Assembly (NCBI GenBank): GCA_964606085.1
Contig: CAZSFD010000005.1
Location: 19,812-83,811, forward strand
Reading direction: 5' to 3'
From: an uncultured Anaerolineaceae bacterium
GTDB lineage: Bacteria; Chloroflexota; Anaerolineae; Anaerolineales; UBA4823
Length of the DNA stretch: 64,000 nucleotides
Notes under the pieces: generated by a model
The model's database searches: none
Told to the model about the DNA's origin: nothing
The model's input: only the letters and a program-made list of their open reading frames with translations
Shown: in pieces, positions 37,324 to 45,847 of the stretch
Numbering within the stretch: position 1 is the stretch's first letter
How the letters are laid out: each line of letters begins with the position of its first letter
Translations under genes and position numbers: made by a program

Positions 37324-39027
37324 ATGACCGACAAACTCACTTCTTACCGTCAAACCCCAACCCCCGCCGATCCAACCAACCAGCTCTGGCCGCTCTACGG
37401 CGCCGGCCTCGAAAACTTCGGCGTAGATGGCAAGCCCATCGCCGCGCCCCTGCCTTCCTTCGGCCCCGACGAACTGCTCATCCGTCACGATGCCTGCGGG
37501 CTGTGTTTTTCGGATGTCAAAGTGGTCAACCAGGGCCAAAACCACCCGCGCATCTTCCGCGACATGAAAACCGAACCCGTGGTGATGGGTCACGAGGTGG
37601 CCATGACCATCCTCGGCGTGGGCGACAACCTCAAAGACCGCTACCACGTCGGCGAGCGCCTGACCCTCGAAACCGACATCGTCATCCGCGGCAACACCTA
37701 CGCCTACGGCTACTGGTTCCAGGGCGGCCTCTCGCAATACAGCGTCATCGGCCCCGATATTTACGCCGCCGATAACGGTAATAACCTGATCAAAGTCCAA
37801 CCCAAGCAGGATGGCACCATGCCCGGCTACGCCGAAGTGGCTCTCACCGAGCCGTGGGCCTGCGTGGTGGCCGCCTATGCCCTGAAATACCGCGACGGCC
37901 TCAAGCCCGGCGGCGCGTTATGGGTGATCGGCGCGGGTGCAACCGACCGCCCTTACACGATTTCCCGCGGCTTCGACGCAGGGGATGGAACATCCCCCGC
38001 GCACCCCGCCAAACTCTACCTCACCAACGTCCCCGCCGGGTTCGCCGAATGGCTCAAACGCCGCTCCGCCGCCCTGGGCATCGAAGTGACCGAAGTCCCC
38101 GACCCCGCCGCGCCGCCCTTCGACTTCGTAGACGACATCGCCCTCCTCGGCGCAGACCCGGCCCTGATCGAACTCGTCAGCCCGCGCCTCGACCAGTTTG
38201 GCGTCCTGGCCATCCTCGCCGATGCTGCCCTGCCGCGCAAGGTCAACGTGGATGTTGGCCGCATCCACTATCACCGCTGGGTCTATGTTGGCACAACAAC
38301 CAACGACCTGGCCGCCGCCTACCAGCCTGCCATCCGTTCCAACCTCAAGCCGGGCGGCAAGGCCTGGTTCATCGGCGCCGGCGGCCCGATGGGGCGCATG
38401 CACGTTCAGCGCGCCATCGAATTCAACGACCCGCCCGGCACCATCGTTTGCACCGATGTTTCGGATATGCGCCTGAGCGAATTATGCGATTCATTCTCCG
38501 CCCAGGCCGAGGCCAAAGGGATTAACTGGTTGTGCTTGAATCCGATGAATAAAGCCGAATACGCCGCCAAGATGGCCGAATTGGGTCAGTTCGATGACAT
38601 TGTGGTACTCGCCCCGGTCGCTGCCATCATCGCCGACGCCGGAAATTACCTTGCCCCCGACGGCGTGATGAACATCTTTGCGGGTGTGGCGCGCGGCACC
38701 ATGGCCGCCCTCGACCTGAGCGGGGCGTATCTGCATGGCACGCGCGTCATCGGCCACTCGGCTTCGCTGATGTCTTATTTCGAGCTTTCGCCCAACCGCT
38801 CGGTGGCCGCAGTCGGCTCGCTCAGCGCCGCCAAAGATGGCCTGCAAGCCGTTAAAGATGCCAGTTTTGCCGGGAAAGTGGTCATCTACCCCAACATTCG
38901 TGAATTTCCGCTCACCCAACTGGCCGACCTCAAAGACAGCCTCCCCACCGTCCACGCCCTGCTCAACGAGCGCGGCGAATGGACGAACGCGGCGGAGGAT
39001 GAGTTTTTGCGGTTGATGCTGGCGTGA
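37324..39027 (+). CDS. Zn-dependent MDR dehydrogenase, L-sorbose-1-phosphate reductase (SorE)-like, with duplicated nucleotide-binding domain
   Basis: CGLCFSD, GHE, EPWACV, GAGGPMG, GKVVIYP, GEWTNAAE; internal repeat LKPGGxxWxIGAG 148 aa apart. Confidence 0.75.
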   Translation: MTDKLTSYRQTPTPADPTNQLWPLYGAGLENFGVDGKPIAAPLPSFGPDELLIRHDACGLCFSDVKVVNQGQNHPRIFRDMKTEPVVMGHEVAMTILGVGDNLKDRYHVGERLTLETDIVIRGNTYAYGYWFQGGLSQYSVIGPDIYAADNGNNLIKVQPKQDGTMPGYAEVALTEPWACVVAAYALKYRDGLKPGGALWVIGAGATDRPYTISRGFDAGDGTSPAHPAKLYLTNVPAGFAEWLKRRSAALGIEVTEVPDPAAPPFDFVDDIALLGADPALIELVSPRLDQFGVLAILADAALPRKVNVDVGRIHYHRWVYVGTTTNDLAAAYQPAIRSNLKPGGKAWFIGAGGPMGRMHVQRAIEFNDPPGTIVCTDVSDMRLSELCDSFSAQAEAKGINWLCLNPMNKAEYAAKMAELGQFDDIVVLAPVAAIIADAGNYLAPDGVMNIFAGVARGTMAALDLSGAYLHGTRVIGHSASLMSYFELSPNRSVAAVGSLSAAKDGLQAVKDASFAGKVVIYPNIREFPLTQLADLKDSLPTVHALLNERGEWTNAAEDEFLRLMLA

Positions 39028-39031
39028 GGTG

Positions 39032-39116
39032 ATATTCGACAATTCGTGATTCGTTAATCGAAAACGGTCTGCGATGGCAACGAATCACGCATAACGATTA
39101 TCGAATAACGCATAAC
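39032..39116. repeat. Inverted heptamer array (TTCG/CGAA type)
   Basis: CGTGATTCGTT (39045-39055) / AACGAATCACG (39079-39089) plus flanking 7-bp periodic units. Confidence 0.75.
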
Positions 39117-39127
39117 CGTTTCCCGTC

Positions 39128-40000
39128 ATGAACTTCGGCGCCCACATTTTTCTCTGGACTGACCGCTGGACGAATGCTTCGCTTCCGCTGATGGATCGCG
39201 CCCGCGGCCTGGGGCTGGATATGTTGGAGATCGCCAACGGCGATGACGTGGAATTTGACCCGGCGGCCATTCGCCAACAGGCGCAAGCCGTGGGCCTGAC
39301 GCTCACCCTCAGCCCCGGCGGAATCTGGCCGATGGAAGCCGACATCTCGCACCCCGACCCGGCGGCCCGGCAGTTCGGCCTCGACTGGCACCGCCGCTGG
39401 ATTCGCCTGGCCGGTGAGTCGGGCATGGTGGCTTACTGCGGCGCACTCTACGCCCACCCGGGCCGCGTCGCCCGCCGCGCCCCTGACCCCGACGAGCAGC
39501 GCTGGGCTGCCGAGGGGCTGCACGCCCTGGCCGAAATCGGCGCAGCCTGCGGCGTGGAGATCGTCATCGAACCGATGAGCCACTTCCGCACCCACCTGGT
39601 CAACACGCCCCAACAGGCCCTGAACCTCCTCGCCGCCGCCGATCACCCCAACCTGAGCGTGCTGTTCGACACCTATCACGCCGTCACCGAAGTGCGCGAC
39701 TACGCCGCCGCCCTGCGAACACTCGCCCCGCGCCTGTGGGGATTGCACGCCTGCGAAAGCGACCGCGGCGTACCCGGCGGCGATGCTGGGGACAGCGGCG
39801 GGCTTGTTCCCTGGGAGCAGGTATTCTCAGCACTCCACGAAATCAACTTCGACGGAAACGTTCTCTTCGAGTCCTACAACTCCAGCCTCGATAACTGCAA
39901 CTTCGCCTACTCGCGCGGCATGTTCCACCACGTTTGCGACGATGGCGATGAGTTTGTTCGCACGGGCCTGAAATTCCTCCGCAGTCACCCGATCACCTAA
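39128..40000 (+). CDS. Sugar isomerase/epimerase, D-psicose/D-tagatose 3-epimerase family
   Basis: Metal and catalytic set IEPMSHF, FDTYH, HACESDRG, FES. Confidence 0.82.
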   Translation: MNFGAHIFLWTDRWTNASLPLMDRARGLGLDMLEIANGDDVEFDPAAIRQQAQAVGLTLTLSPGGIWPMEADISHPDPAARQFGLDWHRRWIRLAGESGMVAYCGALYAHPGRVARRAPDPDEQRWAAEGLHALAEIGAACGVEIVIEPMSHFRTHLVNTPQQALNLLAAADHPNLSVLFDTYHAVTEVRDYAAALRTLAPRLWGLHACESDRGVPGGDAGDSGGLVPWEQVFSALHEINFDGNVLFESYNSSLDNCNFAYSRGMFHHVCDDGDEFVRTGLKFLRSHPIT

Positions 40001-40021
40001 TCACCTAGTCACCCACTCACC

Positions 40022-41287
40022 TTGTCCCCCTCTCATCCTCTCCCCCCTTTCATCATGACTTCCGAACCTGGCTCCTTCGCCCGGCGCACCATTGTCGAGC
40101 GCAAGCCGCAGATCATCGCCCAGGTTTTGGCTGATTTCGCCTATCCCCCTGAAATTGTCGCCGCGGTTGAAGCCTTTCGAGATGAGATTGCGCATGAAAT
40201 CATCCAACCGCTGCCTAGCACAGGATTAATCCTGTGCCACGATGTGGATGCCTGGAATGCCGAAATCGCCGTCTACGCCGGCAAAACCTGGCTCGAAGTG
40301 CCCTGGTACTTCGCCGAGACGCTGTTCTACCGCAAACTGCTCGAAGCCGTGGGCTACTTCCAGCCTGGTGCGTGGCAGGGCGTAGACCCCTTCCAAAAGG
40401 CCAAAGACCGCCAGATCGCCGCCGACATCCACAAAGCCGCTGCCGAATGGAGCGATCTTTCTGACCTGCCGTCCCACGAAGCCTTCGAGGTGCTGATCCA
40501 TTCCTGCCTGTGGGGCAACCGCACCGATCTGAGCAACCACACGGTCACCCGCCGCGGCGCTACCGGCCTGGCTGCCCGTGAAGATCGCCACCAGATTTTG
40601 ATTGACGACAGCGAAACGCTCTACCGCCTGATCTCCGCCGGCCTGCCGCGCCTCGATTTCATCAACGACAACTGCGGCATAGATTTCCTCACCGACCTGG
40701 CCCTGGCCGATTTTTTGCTGACCAAGGGTTGGGCCGCTGAGATCGTGATGCACCTCAAGCCGCAGCCATTTTTCGTCTCGGATGTGATGATCAAAGACGC
40801 CGAGACGATGCTGGCTGCGCTGGCTGCCTTCGTGCCAGGCGAGTCCGCTTCAGCGGACTTTCGGCCTCAGGCATCGAATTCATTCGACGTAGCCGACCTG
40901 GGCCGCCGTCTGCAACATGCCCACACCGCCGGCCGCCTGCGCTTCACCACGCATCCCTTCTGGCCCACCCCCTTCATGTTCCGCCAAATGCCCGCCGACC
41001 TGCGCAACGAACTCGCCCAGGCCAACCTGGTCATCCTCAAGGGCGATGTCAACTACCGCCGCCTGCTCGATGACCGTCATTGGCCGTTCACGGCCCGCAT
41101 GGAAGAGATCGCCGCCTACCTCCCCGCCCCCTTCGCCGCGCTGCGCACTTTCAAGTGCGAACTCGCCGTCGGACTGCAACCCGGCCAGGCCGAGCAAATC
41201 GCCGTTGCCGACCCCGATTGGCTGCTCAACGGCCAGCGCGGGGTGATCCAATTTGTAACCACGAATAACGAATTTCGATTATCGTGA
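40022..41287 (+). CDS. DUF89/ARMT1-like damage-control sugar-phosphate phosphatase
   Basis: PWYFAET, LWGNRTDLS, DNCG, HLKPQPFFVSD, KGDVNYRRL; start may be TTG 40022 or ATG 40055. Confidence 0.85.
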   Translation: MSPSHPLPPFIMTSEPGSFARRTIVERKPQIIAQVLADFAYPPEIVAAVEAFRDEIAHEIIQPLPSTGLILCHDVDAWNAEIAVYAGKTWLEVPWYFAETLFYRKLLEAVGYFQPGAWQGVDPFQKAKDRQIAADIHKAAAEWSDLSDLPSHEAFEVLIHSCLWGNRTDLSNHTVTRRGATGLAAREDRHQILIDDSETLYRLISAGLPRLDFINDNCGIDFLTDLALADFLLTKGWAAEIVMHLKPQPFFVSDVMIKDAETMLAALAAFVPGESASADFRPQASNSFDVADLGRRLQHAHTAGRLRFTTHPFWPTPFMFRQMPADLRNELAQANLVILKGDVNYRRLLDDRHWPFTARMEEIAAYLPAPFAALRTFKCELAVGLQPGQAEQIAVADPDWLLNGQRGVIQFVTTNNEFRLS

Positions 41288-41305
41288 TTCGAAATTCGTT
41301 ATTCG
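41262..41305. repeat. Perfect 17-bp inverted repeat with stop codon in loop
   Basis: CGAATAACGAATTTCGA / TCGAAATTCGTTATTCG. Confidence 0.9.
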
Positions 41306-41333
41306 GAAAATCCCCTCTCTCGGAGTATTCCTC

Positions 41334-42128
41334 ATGCAACTCGAAAACCGTATCGCCATCGTCACCGGCGGGGCACAAGGATTGGGTCAGGCCATCTGCA
41401 TGCGCCTGGCGCAAGAAGGCTGCCACGTTGTTGTCGCCGATCTGAAAGAAGAACAGGCCATCGCCACCGCCGCGCAGGTGGAGGCCGCCACGGGCCGCCG
41501 TTCATTTGCCGTCAAGGTGGATGTCAGCGACGAAGCCCAGGTGGAAGCGCTGGTGGCCCGCACCGTGCAGGAATTTGGCCGCCTGGATATCCTCGTGGCC
41601 AACGCGGGGATTCTCATCGCCGAGGAGATCACCGAATTTCCCGCCGAAAAGTGGCGCGCCGTGATGAACGTCAACCTGTTTGGCTACTTCCTGTGCGCAA
41701 AGCACGCCGCACGGGTGATGAAGGCGCAAAAAAAGGGCGTGATCATCGAAATCAACTCGAAATCAGGCAAGAAGGGCAGCTTCAAAAACTCGGCCTACGC
41801 TGCCAGCAAATTTGGCGGCATTGGTCTCACGCAATCCATTGCCCTCGACCTGGCCGAACACGGTGTGCGCGTCAACGCCATCTGTCCCGGCAATTTGCTC
41901 GATTCCCCGCTGTGGAACGACGGCCCGAATGCCCTGTTCAAGCAGTACGCCCGCAACCGCGGCATTACCGAAGAAGAAGTGCGCCAGATATACATCAACC
42001 AGGTGCCCATGAAGCGCGGCTGCACCTACGAAGATGTCTGCAACGTCGTCACTTTCATGGCCTCCGACCAATCCAGCTACATGACCGGGCAGGCGATTAA
42101 TGTGACGGGTGGGCAGGAGATGCGGTAA
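41334..42128 (+). CDS. srlD: SDR, sorbitol-6-phosphate dehydrogenase-like
   Basis: TGGAQGLG, INSKSGKKGSFKNSAYAASKFGG, GNLLDSPLW, YMTGQAINVTGGQEM as in SrlD/SorD. Confidence 0.82.
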   Translation: MQLENRIAIVTGGAQGLGQAICMRLAQEGCHVVVADLKEEQAIATAAQVEAATGRRSFAVKVDVSDEAQVEALVARTVQEFGRLDILVANAGILIAEEITEFPAEKWRAVMNVNLFGYFLCAKHAARVMKAQKKGVIIEINSKSGKKGSFKNSAYAASKFGGIGLTQSIALDLAEHGVRVNAICPGNLLDSPLWNDGPNALFKQYARNRGITEEEVRQIYINQVPMKRGCTYEDVCNVVTFMASDQSSYMTGQAINVTGGQEMR

Positions 42129-42129
42129 A

Positions 42130-42185
42130 CGTTATTCGATAATTCGCTATTGGTTTGTGATCGAATAACGAATTATCAAATTTCG
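42130..42185. repeat. Inverted TTCG/CGAA periodic repeat
   Basis: CGTTATTCGAT / ATCGAATAACG, alternative GATAATTCG / CGAATTATC. Confidence 0.75.
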
Positions 42186-42194
42186 CTTTTTCCT

Positions 42195-42998
42195 ATGTTC
42201 CCCTCCCACTACTACTCCGGTTACATCTTCGACCTCGACGGCACGGTTTACCTCGGCGAGGCGCTGCTGCCGCGGGCGGGCGAGGCGATTACGGCTTTGC
42301 GGGCGCGCGGCTGCCGCACGGTGTTCGTCTCGAACAACCCCACGCACACGCGGCAGAGCTATGCGGCCAAGTTGACCCGGCTTGGCCTGCCGACGCCGGT
42401 AAGCGATATTCTCAATTCGTCGGCGGTGATGGTGGATTTTTTGCAGCGCCGCATGCCGGGGGCGCGCTTATTTGCGTTGGGGGAGCAGCCTTTGCTGGAT
42501 GATCTGCTTGCTGGTGGTTTTACGCTGACCGAGAATCCTGCTGAAATCGAAGCCGTCATCGCCAGCTTCGACCGCACGTTGACCTACCGCAAGCTGCAAA
42601 TCGCCTTCGATGCCTTGCGCCTGGAAGCGCATTTCTTCGCCACCAACCCCGATAAATATTGCCCCGTGCCCGCGAGCGAATCCCGGCCCACCGGCGGCGA
42701 ACCCGATTGTGCCGCCATCATTGCCGCCCTCGAAGCCTGCACGGGTAAACCGGTCGAAGCGGTGACAGGCAAGCCCTCGCCAATCATGATCGAAGCCGCC
42801 CTGCATTTGGTGGGCCTGCCAGCCAGCGAGTGCGTGATGGTGGGCGACCGCCTGGAAACGGATGTGAAGATGGGTCTGGATGCCGGGATGGCTGGCGCGC
42901 TCACGTTAACCGGGGCCACGCCAGAAGCAGCGTTGGCCGGATCAGCGATCCGGCCAACCTATCTTTTGCGCAATTTGGGAGATTTGCTTCCCGAATGA
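42195..42998 (+). CDS. HAD-IIA sugar phosphatase (NagD/AraL-like)
   Basis: FDLDGTV, SNN, TNPD, GKP, VGDRLETD. Confidence 0.92.
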   Translation: MFPSHYYSGYIFDLDGTVYLGEALLPRAGEAITALRARGCRTVFVSNNPTHTRQSYAAKLTRLGLPTPVSDILNSSAVMVDFLQRRMPGARLFALGEQPLLDDLLAGGFTLTENPAEIEAVIASFDRTLTYRKLQIAFDALRLEAHFFATNPDKYCPVPASESRPTGGEPDCAAIIAALEACTGKPVEAVTGKPSPIMIEAALHLVGLPASECVMVGDRLETDVKMGLDAGMAGALTLTGATPEAALAGSAIRPTYLLRNLGDLLPE

Positions 42999-43018
42999 GT
43001 TTTGTTGGAAGTGAAAGT

Positions 43019-43972
43019 TCAGGGGGTGATCCATGTGCCGGTTTCGCCTTTGAGCGCCCGGCCCAGGTTGGGCGGATCGGTGATCAACGCTTGTTTGCCG
43101 CCCGCTTCGAGATACCAGATGATGGCCTGAATTTTTGGCCCCATTGAACCTTTGGCGAAGTGACCTTCGGCGAGGTATTGTTTGGCCTCGGCCAGGGTCA
43201 TGCGATCCAACCACTGCTGGTTGGGCTTGCCGAAATGGATCGCGACCTTTTCGACAGCAGTGGCGATCAAAAACAGGTCGGCCTTGAGTTCGCGTGCCAG
43301 CAGGCTGGCGGCGAAATCTTTGTCAATCACCGCCGCAATGCCGCGATATTCGCCATCGCCCACATCCACCACCGGGATGCCGCCGCCCCCCGCGGCGATG
43401 ACGATGATGCGATCTTTCAGGATGGCGCGAATGGTGCTTTCTTCCACGATTTCTTTGGGCATCGGCGAGGCCACCACGCGCCGCCAGCCGCGCCCGGCGT
43501 CTTCGACGACGTGCCAGCCTTGCGTTTCTTGGCGGCGCTGCGCTTCCTCGGCATCCATGAAGCCGCCGATGGGCTTGGTGGGGTGCTGAAAGGCCGGGTC
43601 GTTGGCATCTACCAATGTCTGCGTGATCACGGTGACGACATTTTTGCGGATGTTACGATGATACAACTCGTTTTGCAGCGCCTGTTGCAATTCATAGCCA
43701 ATCGCGCCTTGTGTATCGGCCCCGCACACGTCCAACGGTACCTCGTGCATCCCTTCGACTTTGTGGGCGATTTCTGAACGGCGTAAGATAAAGCCGACCT
43801 GCGGCCCGTTGCCGTGGCCGATGACCATCTCCCAGCCCTGGGCCACCATATCGGCCAGGTACGTAGACGTTGCGCGGATGGCTTCCTGCTGGTCTTCGAC
43901 CGTAACGTGCTTGGGGTCGCGGATGAGCGAATTGCCGCCGATGGCGACGACGGCGAGTTTATGGTGGGTCAT
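43019..43972 (-). CDS. arcC: Carbamate kinase
   Basis: AIGGNSL, HGNGPQVG, KPIG, GWRRVVASP, GGGGIPV, VIDKD, GSMGPK. Confidence 0.95.
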   Translation of the reverse strand: MTHHKLAVVAIGGNSLIRDPKHVTVEDQQEAIRATSTYLADMVAQGWEMVIGHGNGPQVGFILRRSEIAHKVEGMHEVPLDVCGADTQGAIGYELQQALQNELYHRNIRKNVVTVITQTLVDANDPAFQHPTKPIGGFMDAEEAQRRQETQGWHVVEDAGRGWRRVVASPMPKEIVEESTIRAILKDRIIVIAAGGGGIPVVDVGDGEYRGIAAVIDKDFAASLLARELKADLFLIATAVEKVAIHFGKPNQQWLDRMTLAEAKQYLAEGHFAKGSMGPKIQAIIWYLEAGGKQALITDPPNLGRALKGETGTWITP

Positions 43973-43981
43973 GGGGGTCTC

Positions 43982-44962
43982 CTAGCTCATTGTCAACGCC
44001 ATCACCGCTTTCTGCACATGCAGGCGGTTTTCGGCTTCATCGTAGACCACCGAGTTGGGGCCGTCAATGACCTCGTCGGTCACTTCCAGGCCGCGGTCGG
44101 CGGGCAGGCAGTGCATGTAGATGGCGTCGTCTTTGGCGAGCGATAGGCGGCGTTGGTCAGTGATCCACGAACGGTACTTTTCGATCAGCGCCTTGCCTTC
44201 ATCCTTGCCGGTGGTGGTGAGCATGGGCCCCCACGATTTGGGGTAGACCACGTCGGCATCTTGGAAGGCGGCATCCATATCATCGGTCACATCGAAACCG
44301 ACGTGATATTTGCGGGCGTTTTCTTCGGCCTGGGCCATGATTTCGGGCATCAGCTTGAATTCGGGCGGATGCGCCAGCACCACGTCGCAGCCGAAACGGG
44401 TCATTTGCAAGATGAGCGACTGCGGGACGGAGAGCGGTTTGCTGTACGAGGCGGCGTAGGCCCACGAGACGACCACTTTCTTGCGCCGCAAGTCGCGGCC
44501 CTTTTTTTCGATGATCGTCATCAGGTCGGCCAGGCATTGGAAGGGATGATAAACGTCGCATTGCATGTTCAGCACGGGGGCGCGGCTGGCCCTGGCGACT
44601 TCGTTGATGTACTGGTTGCCAAAGGCCCAATCACATTGGCGGATGGCGATGCCGTCGAAATAGCGCCCGAAAATTTCGCCGATCTCTTTGGCGGTGTCGC
44701 CGTGCGAGATTTGGGTTGTCTGGCTGTCTATGAAGGCGGCGTGGCCGCCCAGTTGGGCCATGCCGGCCTCGAACGAGCCGCGCGTGCGTGTAGACGTGAA
44801 GAAGAAGAGCATCGCCAGGGTTTTGTCGCGCAGCAGGGCGTGGGGTTCGCCAAGCGCACGTTTCCGCTTCAAATCCCAGGCTACATCGAGAACGGTTTCG
44901 ACCTCTTCTTTGGAAAAATCGAGATCGCCGATGAAATCGCGGCGGCGAAAGTTGGTTTGCAT
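43982..44962 (-). CDS. ygeW: YgeW-type (knotted) carbamoyltransferase
   Basis: STRT, HPFQ, HCLPAD plus SWAYAASYSKPLSVPQS segment typical of YgeW rather than ArgF. Confidence 0.7.
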   Translation of the reverse strand: MQTNFRRRDFIGDLDFSKEEVETVLDVAWDLKRKRALGEPHALLRDKTLAMLFFFTSTRTRGSFEAGMAQLGGHAAFIDSQTTQISHGDTAKEIGEIFGRYFDGIAIRQCDWAFGNQYINEVARASRAPVLNMQCDVYHPFQCLADLMTIIEKKGRDLRRKKVVVSWAYAASYSKPLSVPQSLILQMTRFGCDVVLAHPPEFKLMPEIMAQAEENARKYHVGFDVTDDMDAAFQDADVVYPKSWGPMLTTTGKDEGKALIEKYRSWITDQRRLSLAKDDAIYMHCLPADRGLEVTDEVIDGPNSVVYDEAENRLHVQKAVMALTMS

Positions 44963-45047
44963 AAAGTAGTCTCCTGATCGGTTCGTAGCAGTGGATGAAA
45001 ATTATTGGTCGCCCTTGTTGCGCAAAGAGTGGGCGGGTTAGGCTCTC

Positions 45048-45833
45048 TCACCATCCTCGTAGCCAATACACCACCATCCCAATATACTCTTTCAGCACTT
45101 TCGAGGTGGCGGCCAGGTTATCGGCGGAGGGCAGCAGGCGGATCAGCAGGCCGGGGCCCGGTTCGGTCAGGGCCGCCCAATCGGCCTGGGTGATCGAATA
45201 ATCGGTGGGGGCGGGGATGACTTCGAGGCCCTGGTTCTCGAAGAGCGGCAGCGAGCGCGGCATGTGGAAGGCCGACGTGACCAGGATGATACGGCTGATC
45301 CCTTTTTCGCGCAAGATTTTGGCGCATTCGGCGGCGTTTTCAGCGGTGTTGCGCGAGGTTTCTTCCAGCCAGATGGCATTCGGCGGCACGCCCATCAGAT
45401 CGAGCAGGAAGGCCATATCGTCGGCAGCCGATTTGCCCGTTTCGAGCCACGCGATGGCCCCGCCGCTGACGAGGATAGCCGGCGCGGCGCGCTGCTGATA
45501 GAGCCAGGCGGCATAAGCCACCCGGTCGCCGGCGCCGTTCATCTCGACGATGGGGCGCGGGTACAAGGCCGGGGCTGTGCCGCCGCCGAGCAGCACAATC
45601 ACCTCGGCCTGGGGGATTTCGGCGGGCGGGAAATACTGCCATTCCACCGAACGCGTCAGCGCGGCCGAGACGAGTTCATTGCTCGCCAGCAGCAGCACAA
45701 CCAGCGTGGCAATCAGCACGGCGCGCTGCGCCCGTGGCTTGCGCCACAGCAGTATGGCCGCTCCTATTGCCAGCAGCGCCAGGCCGAGGGGGTAAACAAA
45801 TGGGGGCAGAAATTTGGAGAGAAAGATGAACAT
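45048..45833 (-). CDS. YdcF/ElyC (DUF218) membrane-anchored protein
   Basis: LLGGG, SGG, LEETSRNTAENA, VTSAFHMPRS. Confidence 0.88.
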   Translation of the reverse strand: MFIFLSKFLPPFVYPLGLALLAIGAAILLWRKPRAQRAVLIATLVVLLLASNELVSAALTRSVEWQYFPPAEIPQAEVIVLLGGGTAPALYPRPIVEMNGAGDRVAYAAWLYQQRAAPAILVSGGAIAWLETGKSAADDMAFLLDLMGVPPNAIWLEETSRNTAENAAECAKILREKGISRIILVTSAFHMPRSLPLFENQGLEVIPAPTDYSITQADWAALTEPGPGLLIRLLPSADNLAATSKVLKEYIGMVVYWLRGW

Positions 45834-45847
45834 GGCGGCCTGAAATT

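Noticed and set aside
43982-44962. argF/arcB with arcC as an arginine deiminase pathway
   Set aside because: The SWAYxxSYxKPLSVPQ insertion is YgeW-type, and no arcA or arcD is present in the window
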